Source: Dipteris shenzhenensis (taxonomy: Eukaryota). Taken from it: a stretch of DNA of 64,000 bases. The number at the start of each line of letters is the position of its first letter. Position 1 is the stretch's first letter. Below, piece after piece: positions 1 through 10,899 of the stretch. Under the pieces are notes generated by a model. That model was not told the origin of the DNA. It saw only the letters and a program-made list of their open reading frames with translations, and ran no database searches. Location of the stretch: the NCBI GenBank assembly GCA_047967505.1, contig CM106538.1; one strand, 5' to 3'. Position numbers and translations under genes: made by a program.

Positions 1-53
1 TTTTTTTTGGGGGGGCGATAAAATAATGTTTAATTGAGTGAATAGTTTATTCA

Positions 54-975
54 TTAACACATATGGTTTGCATTCAATATCTTTACCAGTATTTGCTCAC
101 CCTGCAAGTCATCTCTATATCGTTGTTCCCCACATTTCAGACAACTAGCCAAATCTCCATGCTCACGACGAAAGAGAATACAGTCATTACGGCAAGCATG
201 GATGGTATCATAAGCCATACCCACCGTTGTTAGCATCTTCTTTGCTTCATCTCTTGATGCGGGCATGGTATTTGGTGCAGGCAACATCTTCTGGAGCAAC
301 CTATCACAATTCAAACATACATAGGCTTCAAATAATGATGATTCGGTACACTAATCCATACATGATGATTCTCAAAACAAACAATATCCAAATGATGAGT
401 CAAATTAATGCAGGAGCTAACCTCATTAAGGCCGAGACACTTGTATCCGACCACCCATACTTTGCTTGCAGATTCAAGATTGAGAGACAAGCATGTAGTT
501 TAGACATCCTAGCACCCTGGTACAACTGTGTTGATTGCAACTCTCACATTTTGACCTCAGACTCTAACATCACGTGTACATGGGATGTAGTGCCCCTAAA
601 AATAGAATCCATCATGTCGACCATACCCTCATCATCATTTGGGAGACTATAGTCGTGCTCAAAGTGTGAAGGTATATGCGTACCCTCGTCAGCCTCCTCA
701 TCCTATTTTAAGATTTTGTGTAAATATAAGATCTTGTCTCAAGTTTTCGTATCATAATGGTATCCAATATTAACCACAAACTCAAATAGCTTTGACTTAC
801 CGATAATCCATCAACACGTGCAACACCAACAGTGGGTACTGGTTCGGGCTCCTCCCCATACATCTACAAGTGGCGCATGATAATACGACGTTAATATCGT
901 ACTTCTCGCTTGCAATGAGTGCAATGACAATACAACCTCTCCGTAAGCCACTTTGTGCTCCTGGGCGTTGGCACA
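54..975 (-). pseudogene. CACTA/En-Spm TnpD-like transposase, 5' part (continues off the left edge)
   Basis: Minus-strand translation gives YCHCTHCKR...IMRHL (transposase-associated Cys/His region), SKLHACLSILNLQAKYGWSDTSVSALMR and, after a probable intron (~300-420), LLQKMLPAPNTMPASRDEAKKMLTTVGMAYDTIHACRNDCILF...CLKCGEQRY. These are the typical N-terminal TnpD motifs. In-frame stops are present. Confidence 0.85.
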
Positions 976-1115
976 TCATCTGATGAGCTTCCACTCATCC
1001 CTTCCATGTGCACACTTCTAATCACAACATAAGTTGCAAGGAAATCTATTAACAGTAATAAAATAGCCACCTATGAGCTTCTTTTTTCGCTTTTAATAAT
1101 AAGTGCCCTGAAACG

Positions 1116-1191
1116 TCTCTATATAGCGATGTTTTGCTCTGTTCCATCGATATATAGCGATGATTTGCTCTGTTCCATCGCTATATAGCGA
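1116..1191. repeat. Three 31-bp-spaced copies of the palindrome TCGCTATATAGCGA (two with one mismatch)
   Basis: Copies at 1116-1129, 1147-1160 and 1178-1191. The same motif recurs at 5599-5612 and 5625-5638. Confidence 0.9.
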
Positions 1192-1879
1192 CGTTGTGGG
1201 CTAAAACCTGAAGCCCCGCAACGCGGCGCTTTCTTTAGCATCTCTGTTGTGGGAAAACCAATCTCTCCTCCCACCTTATATCCGACGACCTCGCTCTCCT
1301 CCTCTCTATTCTCCACTCCTCACCACTATTCAACCCCTCTCCTAACACGTGCTCCCTCTCCACCCTTCTCCCTCTTTACTTATATGAAAAGAAGTTTTTC
1401 AAGAAGGTGAGTCTCTTTAAGCAATGTAGGTTCGTTTTTTGTGAGATTTCGTTTTGTGAGTGTTGAAGCACTTTCTCCTTGTATTGCTAAGGCTATATGC
1501 TAGTTTTCATGCTTGATTTTCAAGGGCTAAAGACAAAAAACGAGATTTTGTGAAAAGAAGAAGACTCGCCTCTTCTAGTCTTTTTGGTATTTCTCTTTCT
1601 CCTTGTTTGTAGGCTTATGCTTTCTCCATGTTTGTAGGCTTATGCTTGTCTCCTCAATCCAATCCCTTTGAGAAGTTGCTTCTTTAAACTCCTCCTTCCT
1701 CTAACTAGTTATTTGAAAAATGGTATGTTTTCTCTCTTTTGTAGGGCGAGTCCACAAAACACCGAGCGGGACTATTCCAAGTAAAAAAAGCGCTTCCTCT
1801 TTTTTCCTTTTGTTATTTTTATTATTTGCATTGGCCTGTAGCTAGCGCGTTAAGCGCTAGCTGCAATGATGGGCATAGG

Positions 1880-3700
1880 AACCCTCTCTTCCCCTCTCTT
1901 CCCCTATTCCCTCTTCTTTCTCTCTCTTTTTCCCCTCTCTTCCCCTATTCCCTCTTCTTTCCCTCCCTTCCTCTCTTCCTTCTCTTCCTTTTCCCTCTTC
2001 TTTATCCCTTCATTCAATCTCTTTTTCCCCTCTTCCTCCTTTCCTTCTCTTCTTTTTTCACTCTTTCAATGGCCTGCCCCCCTCTTCCTTCTCTTATGTT
2101 TATGCTCTTTTTCCCTCTTTCATCCCCTCTTTCAATCTCTTTTCCTCTCTCTTTCCCCTCCCTATGCATATCCTTCTCCTTTCTTTCTCTTCTTTTCTCC
2201 TCTCTTTTTCTCTTCTTTTCATAAGCATATGCCTATGCATGTCCTTCTCCTTCTCCTTCTCCTTCTCCTTCTTCTTCTCCTTCTCCTTCTCTCTTCTTTC
2301 TTTTATGCTTATGCATAAGAATAAGCATATCCTTTCCTTCCCTTTCTCTTATGCTTATGCTCTTTTCCCCTCTTCCTCCTTTCCTTCTCTTCTTTTTTCA
2401 CTCTTTCAATGGCTTGCCCCCCTCTTCCTTCTCTTATGTTTATGCTCTTTTTCCCTCTTCTTTTTTCCCTCTTTCATCCCCTCTTTCAATTTGCTTTTCC
2501 TCTCTCTTTCCTCCTCTCTTTCCCCTCTCTCTTTTCCTCTCTTTTTCTCTTCTTTTCATAAGCATATGCCTATGCATGTCCTTCTCCTTCTCCTTCTCCT
2601 TCTCCTTCTCTCTTCTTTCTCTTATGCTTATGCATAAGAATAAGCATATCCTTTCCTTCCCTTTCTCTTATGCTTATGCTCTTTTTCCCTCTTCCTTCTC
2701 TTATGCTTATGCATGAGCATATGTCTCCTTCTCCTCTTTTCCTCTCTCCTTCTCCTTCTCCTTCTCCTTTCCTTCTCTTCTTTTTTTCCTCACTCTTTCT
2801 CTTCTTTTCATAAGCATATGCCTATGCATATCCTTCTCCTTCTCCTTCTCTTCTTTTTCCTCTCTTTTTCTCTTCTTTTCATAAGCATATGCCTATGCAT
2901 GTCCATCTCCTTCTCCTTCTCTCTTCCTTCTCTTATCCTTATGCTTATGCATGAGCATATGTCTCTTTCTCCTCTTCTCCTCTCTCCCTCTCCTTCTCCT
3001 TCTCCTTCTCCTTTCCTTCTTTCAATCTCTTTTTTTCCTCTTCCTCCTTTCCTTCTCTCATGAGCATGTCTCATTTTCCTCTTTTCCTCTCTCTTTCTCC
3101 CCCTCTTCCCCCTCTTTCGATCTCTTTACATAAGCATATATATTTGCCTATGCTTAATTTTTCTCTCTTTTTCTTTTATGCTCATATGCTCATGCATAAG
3201 AATAAAGCATATCCTTTCTCTCTTCTTTCTCTTATGCTTATGCTCTTTTTCCCTCTTCTTGCTCTTATGCTTATGCTTATGCATGAGCATATGTCTCCTT
3301 CTCCTCTTTTCCTCTCTCCTTCTCCTTCTCCTTCTTCTTCCCTTCTCTTCTTTTCTCCTCACTCTTTCGAGATCTTCTTTTCATAAGCATATGCCTATGC
3401 CTATGCCTATGCATATCCTTCTCCTTTCTTTTTCTTCCTTTTCTCTTCTTTTCATCAGCATATGCCTATGCATGACCTTCTCCTTCTCCTTCTCCTTCTC
3501 CTTCTCCTTCTCCTTTCTTTCTCTTCTTTTTTCCTCTCTTCTTTCTCTTCTTCTTCTCCTTCTCTCTTCTTTCTCTTCTCCTTCTCCTTCTCCTTCTCTC
3601 TTCTTTCTCTTCTTTTTTCCTCCTTCTCTCTCCTTTCTCTTCTCTCTTCCTCTCTTTTTGTCTTCTTTTCATAAGGAGTTCATAAGCATATGCCTATGCC
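1880..3700. repeat. CT-rich low-complexity tract with recurring module TTTTCATAAGCATATGCCTATGCAT
   Basis: Near-pure pyrimidine tract. The module recurs at about 2216, 2554, 2806, 2876, 3378 and 3429. The overlapping Leu/Ser/Phe ORFs are compositional artefacts. Confidence 0.9.
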
Positions 3701-3744
3701 TGTGTTTGTTTTTTGTTTTTTTTTTTTTTTTGGTCTACGTTAGA

Positions 3745-5270
3745 CATGGGAGCACGTTCGACAAGTACGGGCAGCCTTGCAGGAGGAGACATCACATTCT
3801 CTATTCTCCAGAGGACTTTGATTCCTCTCAAGCGACACCTCAGGGGCCTACCCAAACGACTACCCCTGGCCTGACTCCTCTCGGACGTAGCACTGCGACT
3901 ATGGCCTGACTCCTCTCAGACATAGCACTGCGACTACCCCTCGGGGAACTCCTTTGCTAGTAACCCATGGCTTTGTCGAGAGTCCCGACGAGTTTTTAGC
4001 ATAGATGACCGATGAGGAGGTAGCAAGATTCTTCTCTCTGCTATCTCAGAGGACCTCAGCAATTCCCTCTCTTAGACCGACGGCTGGACCTACTGCCCAG
4101 CTGTCCCCTCATGCCCCTTCGACCGAGGAGTTATCACCTGTGCGTGCCTATCATAAGGAAAGGAAGAGTAGGAGGGGCCGCTTATGTTGTGCTGACTCGG
4201 GAGATGTAGACAAGTCAGCACACTCACATCCCTACAGGTCTCCACTTGGTCCCGAGACACAGTATCAATCAGGTCCCTTGCCCTCTCTTACTCCCACTGC
4301 TACTCCTCGCTTCAGAAGCGCTCGCACAACGTCCACTCGCTTTGACTCTGCCATTAAAATGAGTCCTCCTTACCCAGTCGAGGACCTCTCCTATCAAATC
4401 ACGGCTACCGAAGAGATAATAGAAAATAGAAAGGGCAAAGCAATGATGGCCACCATGAGGCGGTTGATGAGCCACCACTTTAAGAGCAGCATTGCTACTG
4501 ATTGGCGGTATCAAGATGACCAAAAGAAGCAAGCGATCATCGATGAATTAAAAGAAAAATACCCTAACCCACCAAATTGGGAGTTCAATGAGAATTACAT
4601 ATGAGAGCGCATGGGTTTGGTCTTGAAGCATCGTAGATAAACCTTGCGTACTTCCATTGCAAAGGGGATGGCTAAACCCAGGTGGGCAAACAAAGCTTAT
4701 TGGAAGTTCTTCAAGAAGCAGAATAGGGACCATCTCGAAATGTTCAAGGGTCAGAGGAGGGCTGCAAGGAGATGGTTGGACGCCGTAGGTACTTTGCACT
4801 TTGGTGCAGGCAGACGGTTGGCATTCGAGGCAACCGTGGTAAGTCTACTTCTTCTCATTTAATGTATTGTTCTATTTTTTTTTACTACATATTACATGCA
4901 CTTTATCTAACTCTCATAAATTGGGTCCACAGCAAGCTACGATATAGATGCAGAGATGCAACGTGCGTTTCACATAGGAACAAAGCCATGGTTTATTGAG
5001 CAGGAGGCAATGGGAGCGATGGTCGATTGGGCAGAGGTGGTTGCTCACACGATATTAGTCTACTCCTACTTGTAATCTCACTTTTTAAATTGTTTTATTC
5101 TTTAAGTCAATCTAATTTTCAATTAATATGGTTTCACTCTTAGGGTCAAAGCTCGAGCGTCCCATCACCGGAGGCGAGCGATCACGAGGGCCAAGAATCA
5201 GGCACAGCTCATGAGGACCAAGGATTAGGCTAGCAAGACGAGGACAAGGAGGACGACGACGATTCGAATG
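3745..5270 (+). pseudogene. CACTA second ORF (TnpA/Ptta-like), spliced and degenerate
   Basis: ORFs 4005-4604 and 4644-4862 are in one frame with stops: ATDWRYQDDQKKQAIIDELKEKY...KPRWANKAYWKFFKKQ...QRRAAR...TLHFGAG, resembling the Ptta/En-Spm ORF2 pattern. GT-AG introns are plausible at ~4839-4932 and ~5037-5143. Confidence 0.55.
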
Positions 5271-5769
5271 AGTAGTAGTAGCAGTAGTTGTAGTAGTAGT
5301 TTGCATATACTTCGCCATGTATATCATTTTGTATATCGGCTCGTTTGAGCGATTTTGTATCACCCTTTTCAAAAGGGTAATTTTATAACAAACAATGTTG
5401 TATATCTTCGACATGTATATGCTTTTGTTGCTCGATCATTTCATTTGAGCGATTTTGTATCACCCTTTTCGCAAGGGAAATTTTGTAATAAAAAACTTTT
5501 TTTTGTAATTATCAAAAAAAAACATTAGTGGGGTAAAATAGGGCTTGCTATGGCCCTGTTTAGCCCCACTAATGCTTCTTTTTTAGTTTTGTTAATTGTC
5601 GCTATATAGCGATGTTTACCAGTGTCGCTATATAGCGATGCTTACATAGCGACCGTTCTTCTCCTACGATTATAACAACATTAATAACGACCTTTGCGCT
5701 CGTTTTTTTTTTTTATTAGTGTAAAAAACATCGGTATTTTTGTCGAAAAAGGGCCTATGCCTTGTAGTG

Positions 5770-6621
5770 TCTCCTTCTTGCTTGCTTAGTAACAAAGTTA
5801 CTATTTTCTTGATATGCATCCTTCCTAGGTAGGAGAAAACACCTCCATTGGAGTAATATCATGGGCCCTATTCTAATAAAGCTAGGCCCAAAAATCCCCA
5901 CCTCTTACAATTTGGAAGCAACACTTCATATGAATATATATATGAAATACAATACAATTTATATATACAAAATACAATACAATTTATCTCAAATGAATAG
6001 GAGGGCATAACTTTCCTTTCCTATTAAATTGTTCATTAGTAGAAGGTACACTAACACCTTTGTAAGAAAACTTCTCATCTCTTAGAAGAATGTACATGTG
6101 ATCTCTCTTATTGTTAGCAAATTGTAACATGTGAATTTTCCCAATGTTTACCTCACTTTTGCTATATCCTAATATCTATCTTCCTTACATTCAACCATGT
6201 TTAATTATCCATCCATGATAACAATATTTCTAAATCAAGATTAGATTACATTTACCAAAGCCATTGCTAGTGTGAATATTGCATTGTCCACACAATCGAT
6301 TTGCAATCAAGTTTTGACATTAGTTGATCAGATCTCATGTGATAAGCTAGACAAGTATTTAATTCTCATGATAGTGTAGAACAAGTATGTATTTGATGTG
6401 ATCAAAGAATTTACAAAATCTCTTTGAAATTGAAATTCATGGTTGAAAATAGTATGACTCGCCTCCACTCTCCTCCTTACTTACTTAGTAACAAAGTTGC
6501 CCTTTTCTTGATATGCATCCTTCCTAGGTAAAAGAAAACACCTCCATTGGAGTAACATCAAGCTAGGCACTCTTCTAATAAAGCTAGACCAAATCCCCAC
6601 CGCTTATAGTTTGGAAGCAAC
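5770..6621. repeat. Diverged ~150-bp direct repeat pair (5770-5922 and ~6471-6621)
   Basis: Both copies contain CTTAGTAACAAAGTT...TTTTCTTGATATGCATCCTTCCTAGGTA...GAAAACACCTCCATTGGAGTAA...TTCTAATAAAGCTAG...TTTGGAAGCAAC. Confidence 0.9.
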
Positions 6622-7199
6622 AATTCAAGTATTGATCCTTGATTTTTTTTAAGGATAGAGAAGATAAGAGAACTGTGCTAGGGTCATCTTTTTATCATGC
6701 TTTCTAATCGATGTTTGCTAGTGGGTCATTAGGAAAAAAGGGAACTCATTTTGGGGCCCTATAAGAAATTCGCTATTTTTTTATTTTTCTTTATTCCAAA
6801 ATCTACAAAATGAACTGGCATTAAATGCTTCTATCATATTCTCTCTTTAAAGCGGGTTTAGCCTAGTCTTGACTCATTCTGACAATAGATTTTTGTGTTA
6901 GAATCCCATAATTAATGTTTAAGAATCTTTGTTTTTCAAATTTTTAAACCTTCACATGAAACATAAACATGGACTTATCACGATAAATATGGACTTATCA
7001 TTGTTGACTTATGTAGGCCGCAAGATTCTATGGTTAGAAACTCATAACTAACCCTTAACAATCTGTGTTTTTTTAATTTTTAAACATCCCCATGAAGGTT
7101 AACATGGATTTATTGCAGTAAGTCCATTGCTAACACTTTGTTTTATAAAATTTGATGAGGGTATGAAGCAATGAAACAAGTTGCTCAAAAAAATGGCAA

Positions 7200-9482
7200 C
7201 ATGTGACCACACCACCAAAGAGCAATCCATCAAGAAGAGACTTTACCATCTCCATATCAATTTAGAAGAAGAGTATGCACCTGTGCAAAATGGACGGAAG
7301 GGTCCATAAGTAGGTGCAATGCAAAGAGAGAACATGAGGATAGAAGTCTTATAGCATATTGATTTATGGTGTGATGGAAGCATTTACCCAAAATGTCCAA
7401 TTAAAAACTTTACTCCTCCATTTTCCAATCCGACAATACTACTGAAGTTTGTGGGTGATGGCAATAAGGGCCTCCTTGGATATGTCAAAGCTCAATCTAC
7501 AGCCACGAAAATGTACAAAGGCTTGTACCAACAAGAGATGGGAATGAAATTGCAATCGATAGCAAAAGGCTCTAAATTGAAAGAGCAGCTACAGAAAGAA
7601 ACTAAGGAACACATGATGACAAAGAAGATGTTGAGGAAAGCTAGAAGAAAAGCCATACCCTTAGGAGATAGACTTAGAAATAGAAAAAAATTTAACCTTG
7701 CGAATTTGAAAGCTGGCAATGGAGGATGCAAGTGCAGAGTTCAGGAGGCAAGGTAAGTCTTCTTTTGCTTTTACAATTTTGACACAAAGATGATGATTAC
7801 TCGACTATAACAGCAATTGATCTTAGGAAAACTCTTTTTTTTGTACTTGTTGTAGGAAAATTCTTGAGCCTCAAAAAGAAAATGTTGATCCTAATTCCCC
7901 TCTAGTAAAAAAAATGAAAGGTTTACTACTGTCAACTACAATTGCGAAAAGTATGCTAGATGAGAAAAATTTTTAAACAATTAAACACAATGTTGTGCAA
8001 CGGTTTGTAGATAGAAACAAAGTTGATGTGAACGTAATCCAAGGTGCACTCAACGAGAGTGGAGTGAGCAAGAAGGTTACACTTCCATTTTCAATACAGT
8101 ATCAACCACCTTGAAAGATCAGAGGATAAAGCATGTGCTCTTGCCGATGCCTATAGAAGTGTGGAAGTTAAGAGGCCTACTCAACCAACAAGTAGATGAT
8201 TATATTGAAACTTGTAAGGATTTTGAAGGAGTGTACAAAAGTGACAAGGGGACCACTATATATAACTCTTTTAACAACATTTTTTTGGATCTTCAACACG
8301 TGGAAAGGAGAATGGTTGAGTTTTACGATATCACATTTGAAGAGTGCCAGGGGCTTCTAAATTTTGTTATAAAGTTGGACGAATGTGAAATTATCAAGGA
8401 GAAAAAGATTGAACGAGTGACAACTACTCTAATGAACAAAGCTCTGGATCCCTCAATTACAACAGCAGACTCAAACACCTCAGTGTGCAATTAGAAAAGC
8501 ACATTTGGTGGCTAGGCACATTTAAGGTAAGCACACACTTGGATTGAAAGTGGTTTTTTTTTAAGTATAATGTATTTATTAATATTTGAATCTTCAATTT
8601 TATTTTCAATGTCAGGTTAAGATAGAGGACCACCAAACTCTTGATTGGGTATTCCAATGCACAAAAATACCTATGAATTATTAAAGATCAAGTTCAAGGA
8701 GGGTATCTACATGTTGATGGCAAAGGTGATTTCCAGGTTGATTGGCATATGGTAGGCAACCTTAAGACCCTCAAGTGTATGTTCAACATAAGCAAAGGAC
8801 GTAATTCAAAATCTCCATGTCTTTATTGCAAGGAGCCAGCATATGTCATGGATCCCAAATGGTGGAGGGGGGGGTGGAGGAAAGCACCTAACAGAGATAG
8901 GTCGATCCAAATTTCAAAGTAGTTCTTGATATCTTTTTGTGTAGTGTACATATACGCACATTGAACATTTTATGTTGGATCATTAAGAAGCTTGTATTTT
9001 TGTACATTGGTTTTGCCTAGAAGCTTCATCCTAAAAAACATAAGAAGGAGGCACTTCAAGCAATCGAGAAAGTATTGTCGAACATTGGTCTCCATGAAGG
9101 AGACGTTCATATCACAACAGATCTGAAAAAATCAAAAAATGGAATGGGAGTGCTCATGAAGCCATCTATTGGTGGAGTGAAGTCTAGAAGGTTTCTATCA
9201 TAGCCATAGGGTGAAAGAAAACCAAGCAGACAATCATGCTATGTTTCAAGAGTGCAGTATGGCATTTGTAGGCATGTACACAATGCAATTAGACATCATA
9301 TAGCATACAGAATTGCACGAATTGCTAAAACAGCAGTATGGAAAATATTAGAAAAAATTTTCATAATTTTTGACAAACAGACTTGGACCAAGAATGATCA
9401 CCATGCATTGGATGAGGAACTGAATACTTTTAGAAAATCAATGAAAGAAGCTTGGATAGCTTGCAACATAACACATTACATG
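7200..9482 (+). pseudogene. Intron-containing DDE transposase pseudogene with RAG1/Transib-like motif series; C-terminal exon not found
   Basis: Manual splice model with introns 7753-7855 and 8527-8615 and a donor GT at 9483. Translation includes ALNESGVS.EGYTSIFNTV, LNFVIKLDECE (Asp 8378-8380), VKIEDHQTLDWVF, WHMVGNLKTL (AAC 8758-8760), SKSPCLYC, VHIRTLNILCWIIKKL, KPSIGGVKSRRFL and NITHYM. Several frameshifts and stops. Confidence 0.65.
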
Positions 9483-9763
9483 GTAATAAAATTTTATTAT
9501 TTTCTTTGTTATCTCTTAACAACAAATGTGAAGCACACTTTTGCATTGCATAGTATCTACATTTAGTAAAAATAAAAGCAATAGAGGAATAGGACTTCTA
9601 ATACAAACAGTGATGATTCTACCTAGTATAGGATTTTGCATCGACACAATCTGGGATGTGAAATCCAACCTCTTTTTTTGGATACTCTGTTTGGATCCCT
9701 TTGATCGAAAACGAAATACAATAGTTTATATTGATGAAGCTAAGAAATAATAGAATCAAAAGG

Positions 9764-10648
9764 ATCCTCAAGAATGAGCTTAACAAAGTGATTTTGCTTG
9801 TCAGCCATATCTCTAGAGCCCAAAATCACTTTTTTAAGCACATTTTGAGGATTGTCCTTAAGAAAGTGATTTGGCCTGTTGGCAAGGCCTCCACATCCCA
9901 AAATCACTTTCGTAAGCATATTCAGGCATCCCAAAAAAATTTTACATTCTCCAAAACATTTTGTAAGTGCATACCTCCTAGGTACTGCTCCATTCCTAGT
10001 GCAACCAAACATGTTGCCACTACAGTCTCAGAGTGGAGGTGGAAGAGCATATATCATGGAGAAGAGGAGAGTACAGTGGTGCTATAGGATGCCGAAAGGG
10101 AAAACGGAAGTAGGGAAGCAAGAATCAGAGAGTAGGAGGCCAAAAGTAAGTCATTGTAGCCTTGTATACCTGTGGGCACAACTGCCAAGGTCCATACTAT
10201 AACTGTACATGGGGCACGAGTCTTGAGGTTGATGCCTTTATTATGAAATGCTTCTAGTTATGGAATGTACAGTACTCATACTTAGGGCCTAAAGGTGGCA
10301 TCCTTCTATTTATGGCACACACTTGTACTTGCATTTCAAGGTGGCTTGACCATTTTTTGAGGTAGCTGCATATACATCTCCCCATACCTCATTCGTCCAT
10401 TTACTCAAGCTCTCTTATGTCACTCGTGCTCCAAATCCATCCACTTGCACTTTAGGATCTGTCACCATGCTTCAGAAACCAAGCTGCAAGTAGAGGGTCT
10501 ACCACAGCTAGAAGTTGGTCTGATGGAGTCCAAACCCTTTTCTACATATCTTTTGTTTCTACATCCCTCAGAGAGTCAAGTGTGCTTAAGAAAGTGATTT
10601 GAGATGTTGGGCATCCCCTCAACCCTCAAAATCGCTTTCTTAGGCACA
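9764..10648. repeat. Three copies of a hairpin module (arms CTTAAGAAAGTGATTT / AAATCACTTTCTTAAG)
   Basis: Inverted-repeat pairs at 9764-9796/9821-9852, ~9857-9874/9898-9916 and 10581-10602/10626-10648. Confidence 0.8.
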
Positions 10649-10899
10649 TGTTTAATGATCCATGCCAAGTATTTCTTAGATACTTACTTTGCATATCTGC
10701 AACAAGTCCGCAACTAGATAGGGTAAGTACATAAATGTATATATTCATAATGATTCTTGTACAAATGCCATTGTGAAACAAAATATAATCTAATATTTCT
10801 CATTCTTGTTCTTGATTGCAGGTTACTAAGGATAGCTTTACATCAGTGTAAGTGGATGGATATAGATCCATGATTATAGAAAAGCTCCTAAGTTATGCT

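Larger units (their letters stand above)
1..5769. mobile_element. CACTA (En/Spm) DNA transposon, right-hand portion ending in a CACTA terminus
   Basis: 5761-5769 CTTGTAGTG is the reverse complement of CACTACAAG. Subterminal repeats and palindromes at 5344-5650. TnpD-like and TnpA-like coding remnants lie inside. The left end is outside the window, so the 3-bp TSD cannot be checked. Confidence 0.75.

Noticed and set aside
1826-3909. Many long Leu/Ser/Phe- or Arg/Glu-rich ORFs
   Set aside because: Artefacts of CT-rich low-complexity DNA that lacks stop codons in several frames.
6671-6677. AACTGTG as an RSS-heptamer-like terminus for the RAG1-like element
   Set aside because: Only a 6/7 match, in the wrong orientation for a left end, with no nonamer or partner end; expected by chance.
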